From Nitrospinota bacterium (GTDB lineage: Bacteria > UBA8248): a DNA stretch of 51,495 nucleotides. The translations under genes and the position numbers were made by a program. The stretch is from NCBI GenBank assembly GCA_036231405.1, contig JAZAHK010000030.1, positions 1 to 51,495 of the forward strand, read 5' to 3'. The notes beneath the pieces were generated by a model. That model saw only the letters and a program-made list of their open reading frames with translations. It did not search any database and had not been told where the DNA came from. This document shows, one piece after another, positions 48,454-51,495 of this stretch. How positions within the stretch are numbered: the first letter of the stretch is position 1; each line of letters starts with the position of its first letter.

Positions 48454-50375
48454 AAATTTTCAATCTGACCGGATAAAATTTCCCATTCGTTTAAATTACC
48501 CTTAAGAGCTAAAGAAACTTCTTTTTGACGTTTCAGGACTTTTAACAATTTTTCTTTACTCCCTTCTTCGTACATATCAGTGGACGAGAGAAGTTTTTTG
48601 ATTTTCTCATCCTCATCTTCTAATTCTTCTATAGCTTTTTCAATTTTCTTCTGTTTTTCTCGAATCTCTTTTTTCTTATTATTCGACAAGACTGGTATAA
48701 CTTCAGGTTTATCACTTCCCTTCTCTTTCTTCTCCACTGTATTGAGGGCATTCAAACCTGCATTATTTCTATGATTTGATATATTCAAAAGATAATCATC
48801 TAAAGTTTCATACATAGATTCAATATTTTGATTCCTTAAAACCCAGAATTCTTCACAAACAGATTCAATCAAGTCTCTGTCATGTGCAACTAAAATAAAA
48901 GTTCCACTATAGGACTCTAAAGCTTCCTCTAACGCAGTCCTAGAAGCCATATCCAAATGATTCGTAGGCTCATCCAGAAGAAGAAGATTTGCTCCAGACA
49001 TAAACAATCTTGCAAGAGCAAGTCTCGCTCTCTCTCCACCAGACAAAACAGAAACTTTTTTATACACTTCGTCTCCAGAAAATAGAAACCCTCCTAAAAG
49101 CGATCTGATTGACGTATTGTTCATACTTTCAGGAGATACTTGCTTTGCGGATTCAAAGATTTCCAGATTTTCATCTAGTCCATCTAGGGTATGTTGTGAA
49201 AAATATCCAATTTTTACTCTATCTCCAATTTCTATTATTCCTTCGCTAGGAGAAAGTTCGCCTGACACCATTTTTAAAAAAGTAGTTTTGCCGGATCCAT
49301 TAGGACCAACAAACCCTATCTTGCTTCCTCTCAAAAGAGCCATATTAACGTTTGAGAAAATTGGTTTAACATCAAATGACTTTGACATGTTCTTCGCAAT
49401 TAAAGTTTCATACGCACAATTTGGGGGATCAGGAAGACGAATAACAGGAATATCTTTTTTAACAGAAATCTTATCGATTGGTTTAATCTTAGAAAGTTCT
49501 TTTTCCCTACTTTTAGCCTGCCTTGCTTTCGTTGCTTTTGCTTTAAATCTACGGATGAATCTCTCTAACTCAGCAATTCTCCGTTCCTGTTTTAATGCTT
49601 GTTTTTCTAAGTGGGCGATATTTTCTTCGCGTTGCTCTAGATATTTATCAAAATCTCCTACATACCTAGTCAATTTATAATTTTCCAACTCTACTATTAC
49701 TCTAACAATACGATTTAAGAAGTGTCGATCATGAGAAATGACAACTACAGCTCCTTGAAACTGCGAAAGAAATTTTTCTAGCCAGGAAACTGACTCAACA
49801 TCCAAATGATTTGTTGGTTCATCGAGAAGAAGAAGATCAGGATCTGAAAACAAGATACGGGCAAGAGACACCCTCATCTTCCAGCCACCAGAAAAATTAG
49901 TCAAAGGTTGAGAAATTTCATCTAAATTAAAACCCAGACCCATCAAAATTGAAGAAGCTCTTGAATCTGCCTGAAAATCTCCTAAATGCTCTAAAGTTCG
50001 ATCAATTTCTCCAATTTGCATACTTAACTTCTCTTGCGTTTCTTTGTCTTTTGCAAATCCTATTTTTTCATATAAAGATTCTTTTTTTTCACGTAATTCA
50101 ACTAATTTATGATTTCCCTTTAAAACTTCTTCTAAAAGGGTATCATTTGAATTTTCCAATTCCTGCTTTAGCACGCCCATGGAAAGTCCTTTTTGCACAG
50201 AAACGGAACCTGAATCTACTCCTTCCAATCTCTCAATGATCTTGAATACCGTGGTCTTTCCAACTCCGTTTGAACCTATAAGACCAACTCGCTCTCCTGG
50301 TAGAATCACAAGATCACCTTTTTCCAAAATGATCTGACCGCCAAACTGTTTTTTTACATTTTTAAAACGAATCAT
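48450..50375 (-). CDS. ABC-F family ribosome-associated ATPase (YheS-like)
   Basis: Two ABC cassettes (GSNGVGKT, FSGGWKMR, LDEPTNHLD; GPNGSGKT, LSGGERAR), KATKARQAKS linker, no TM segments; start at ATG 50375. Confidence 0.94.
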   Translation of the reverse strand: MIRFKNVKKQFGGQIILEKGDLVILPGERVGLIGSNGVGKTTVFKIIERLEGVDSGSVSVQKGLSMGVLKQELENSNDTLLEEVLKGNHKLVELREKKESLYEKIGFAKDKETQEKLSMQIGEIDRTLEHLGDFQADSRASSILMGLGFNLDEISQPLTNFSGGWKMRVSLARILFSDPDLLLLDEPTNHLDVESVSWLEKFLSQFQGAVVVISHDRHFLNRIVRVIVELENYKLTRYVGDFDKYLEQREENIAHLEKQALKQERRIAELERFIRRFKAKATKARQAKSREKELSKIKPIDKISVKKDIPVIRLPDPPNCAYETLIAKNMSKSFDVKPIFSNVNMALLRGSKIGFVGPNGSGKTTFLKMVSGELSPSEGIIEIGDRVKIGYFSQHTLDGLDENLEIFESAKQVSPESMNNTSIRSLLGGFLFSGDEVYKKVSVLSGGERARLALARLFMSGANLLLLDEPTNHLDMASRTALEEALESYSGTFILVAHDRDLIESVCEEFWVLRNQNIESMYETLDDYLLNISNHRNNAGLNALNTVEKKEKGSDKPEVIPVLSNNKKKEIREKQKKIEKAIEELEDEDEKIKKLLSSTDMYEEGSKEKLLKVLKRQKEVSLALKGNLNEWEILSGQIENF

Positions 50376-50501
50376 AAATATCCAAAAAATTAAATTCATA
50401 TAACTTTTGGAACAACATTTAACACATACTAACTTTACATTCCATCAAATTGCTGTATAAAAAAGGTCGATTTTTATTCAACTAAAAAATGAGGACCTAT
50501 A

Positions 50502-50990
50502 ATGGCGAGCTTTGACATTGTCTCTCAAATAGATCTAAACGAAGTAGATAATGCTATTAATGGAATTGGTAGAGAAATCAAACAGAGATACGATCTTAAA
50601 GGAAGCAAATGTGCCGTAGAAAGAAAAGAACGAACCGTACTAATTAATGCAGATGATGATTTCAAGCTAAAGCAGGTAATCGAATTAATAGCCACTTATT
50701 TCCAAAGACGAAAAATAGACGCAAGAATGCTTCAGTACAATAAGGTAGAGAACGCCTCAGGTGGAGCTATTCGTCAAGAAGCTGTTATTAGGGACGGAAT
50801 TGACCAGGAAACGGCCAGACATATTGTGAAAGAAGTAAAAGGAACGAAAACGAAAGTACAAATAGCGATACAAGGAAATGAACTCCGTGTTTCTGGCAAA
50901 AAGAGGGACGATTTGCAAAACATCATTACATTTTGCAAAGAAATAAAAGGAGTTGAACAACCACTGCAGTTCATTAATTTCAGGGACTAG
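50502..50990 (+). CDS. yajQ: YajQ family nucleotide/c-di-GMP-binding protein
   Basis: SFDIVS, EVDNA, RYDLKG, IQGNELRVSGKKRDDLQ, LQFINFRD. Confidence 0.96.
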   Translation: MASFDIVSQIDLNEVDNAINGIGREIKQRYDLKGSKCAVERKERTVLINADDDFKLKQVIELIATYFQRRKIDARMLQYNKVENASGGAIRQEAVIRDGIDQETARHIVKEVKGTKTKVQIAIQGNELRVSGKKRDDLQNIITFCKEIKGVEQPLQFINFRD

Positions 50991-51037
50991 ATAATTAAGG
51001 CTTCAAAGAATAGAGTCCAGAAAGTATTTGAAAGTAT

Positions 51038-51424
51038 TTACTTCGGTTTATATTCGTTTCCTACAATACCTACAAATCCCATAAGATAATCCATCCTTCC
51101 AGGTCCCATGATCTCGTAGTATTCAGCACCCTCTTCTCCTACTTCTAACAAACCGTGCCACACATTACCTGGGATGACCGAGAAACCCCCGTTTTCAATC
51201 CAACCTTCTTCTCCGTCTATACCCATCTTTAATTTACCAGACGTCATTACCATAAACTGATCTTCTAGATGTCTATGAAGAGACCCGTCAAAATCTACTC
51301 CTGGCTCTACTCTTCCTCTCTTCACTAAAACCTTTTCGGTGGAGACAATTTCTCCTGAATTTCCTTTTTTAGGATTTACTTTTTTTGGAAAATCTTCCCA
51401 TTTATGAAAATAACTCATTCCCAT
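51038..51424 (-). CDS. Cupin-domain protein
   Basis: HRHLEDQ...SG and IPGNVWHG cupin motifs, PGRMDY tail. Confidence 0.85.
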   Translation of the reverse strand: MGMSYFHKWEDFPKKVNPKKGNSGEIVSTEKVLVKRGRVEPGVDFDGSLHRHLEDQFMVMTSGKLKMGIDGEEGWIENGGFSVIPGNVWHGLLEVGEEGAEYYEIMGPGRMDYLMGFVGIVGNEYKPK

Positions 51425-51495
51425 AACCCCCTTTAATTTTTTTTTTGCTTAAATTTAAAATGTTAAAAATAATTTTAAATCAAACTAAAAATTTT

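Noticed and set aside
49117..49680. 187-aa plus-strand ORF and the many other 60-170 aa nested ORFs in the track
   Set aside because: All lie antisense or out of frame within well-supported genes and show no motifs; typical shadow ORFs.
1..51495. tRNA/rRNA genes, CRISPR arrays, IS elements, prophage, selenocysteine read-through, programmed frameshifts
   Set aside because: All intergenic gaps are short and were read without finding cloverleafs, repeat-spacer arrays or terminal inverted repeats. TGA stops fall at natural protein ends and no split genes were seen. Manual reading could miss weak signals.

Overview
AT-rich (roughly one-third GC by eye), gene-dense bacterial chromosome segment with about 49 CDSs. 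I saw no rRNA, tRNA, CRISPR array, integrase, transposase or phage gene. The left half is mostly housekeeping: hom (partial), alaC, lipA, SPOR protein, argS, recO, rpsU, era, aspS, hisS, fxsA and the rimP-nusA-infB-DUF503-rbfA-truB-rpsO-pnp operon. It is interrupted by a ThDP enzyme and an MDR dehydrogenase / TIGR04282-like transferase / cyclic amidohydrolase trio. The right half mixes core genes (UvrD-type helicase, miaB, HU, trhO, ABC-F, yajQ) with many small-molecule enzymes and transporters: an acetoin-dehydrogenase-like E1a/E1b/E2 cluster without E3, hydrolases, two MFS carriers, an M24-fold enzyme, cupins and an amidase. Gene order (alaC-hom, argS-SPOR, miaB-DUF151) suggests a Gram-negative Nitrospinota/deltaproteobacteria-like lineage; this is inference only. 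No clear-cut new multi-gene system is demonstrable from sequence alone. The best leads are: a secreted protein with four tandem GxW (lipocalin-like) repeats; an orphan divergent 2-oxoacid:ferredoxin oxidoreductase gamma-like protein; an MDR enzyme missing its catalytic Zn cysteine next to a solitary TIGR04282-like gene; an M24 enzyme with remodelled metal ligands coupled to a cupin; a Zn-PLC/P1-fold plus MBL pair; a Cys-rich insert in MiaB; an unusually high use of TTG starts; and a bidirectional recO/rpsU promoter. All family calls come from motif recognition, not database searches.
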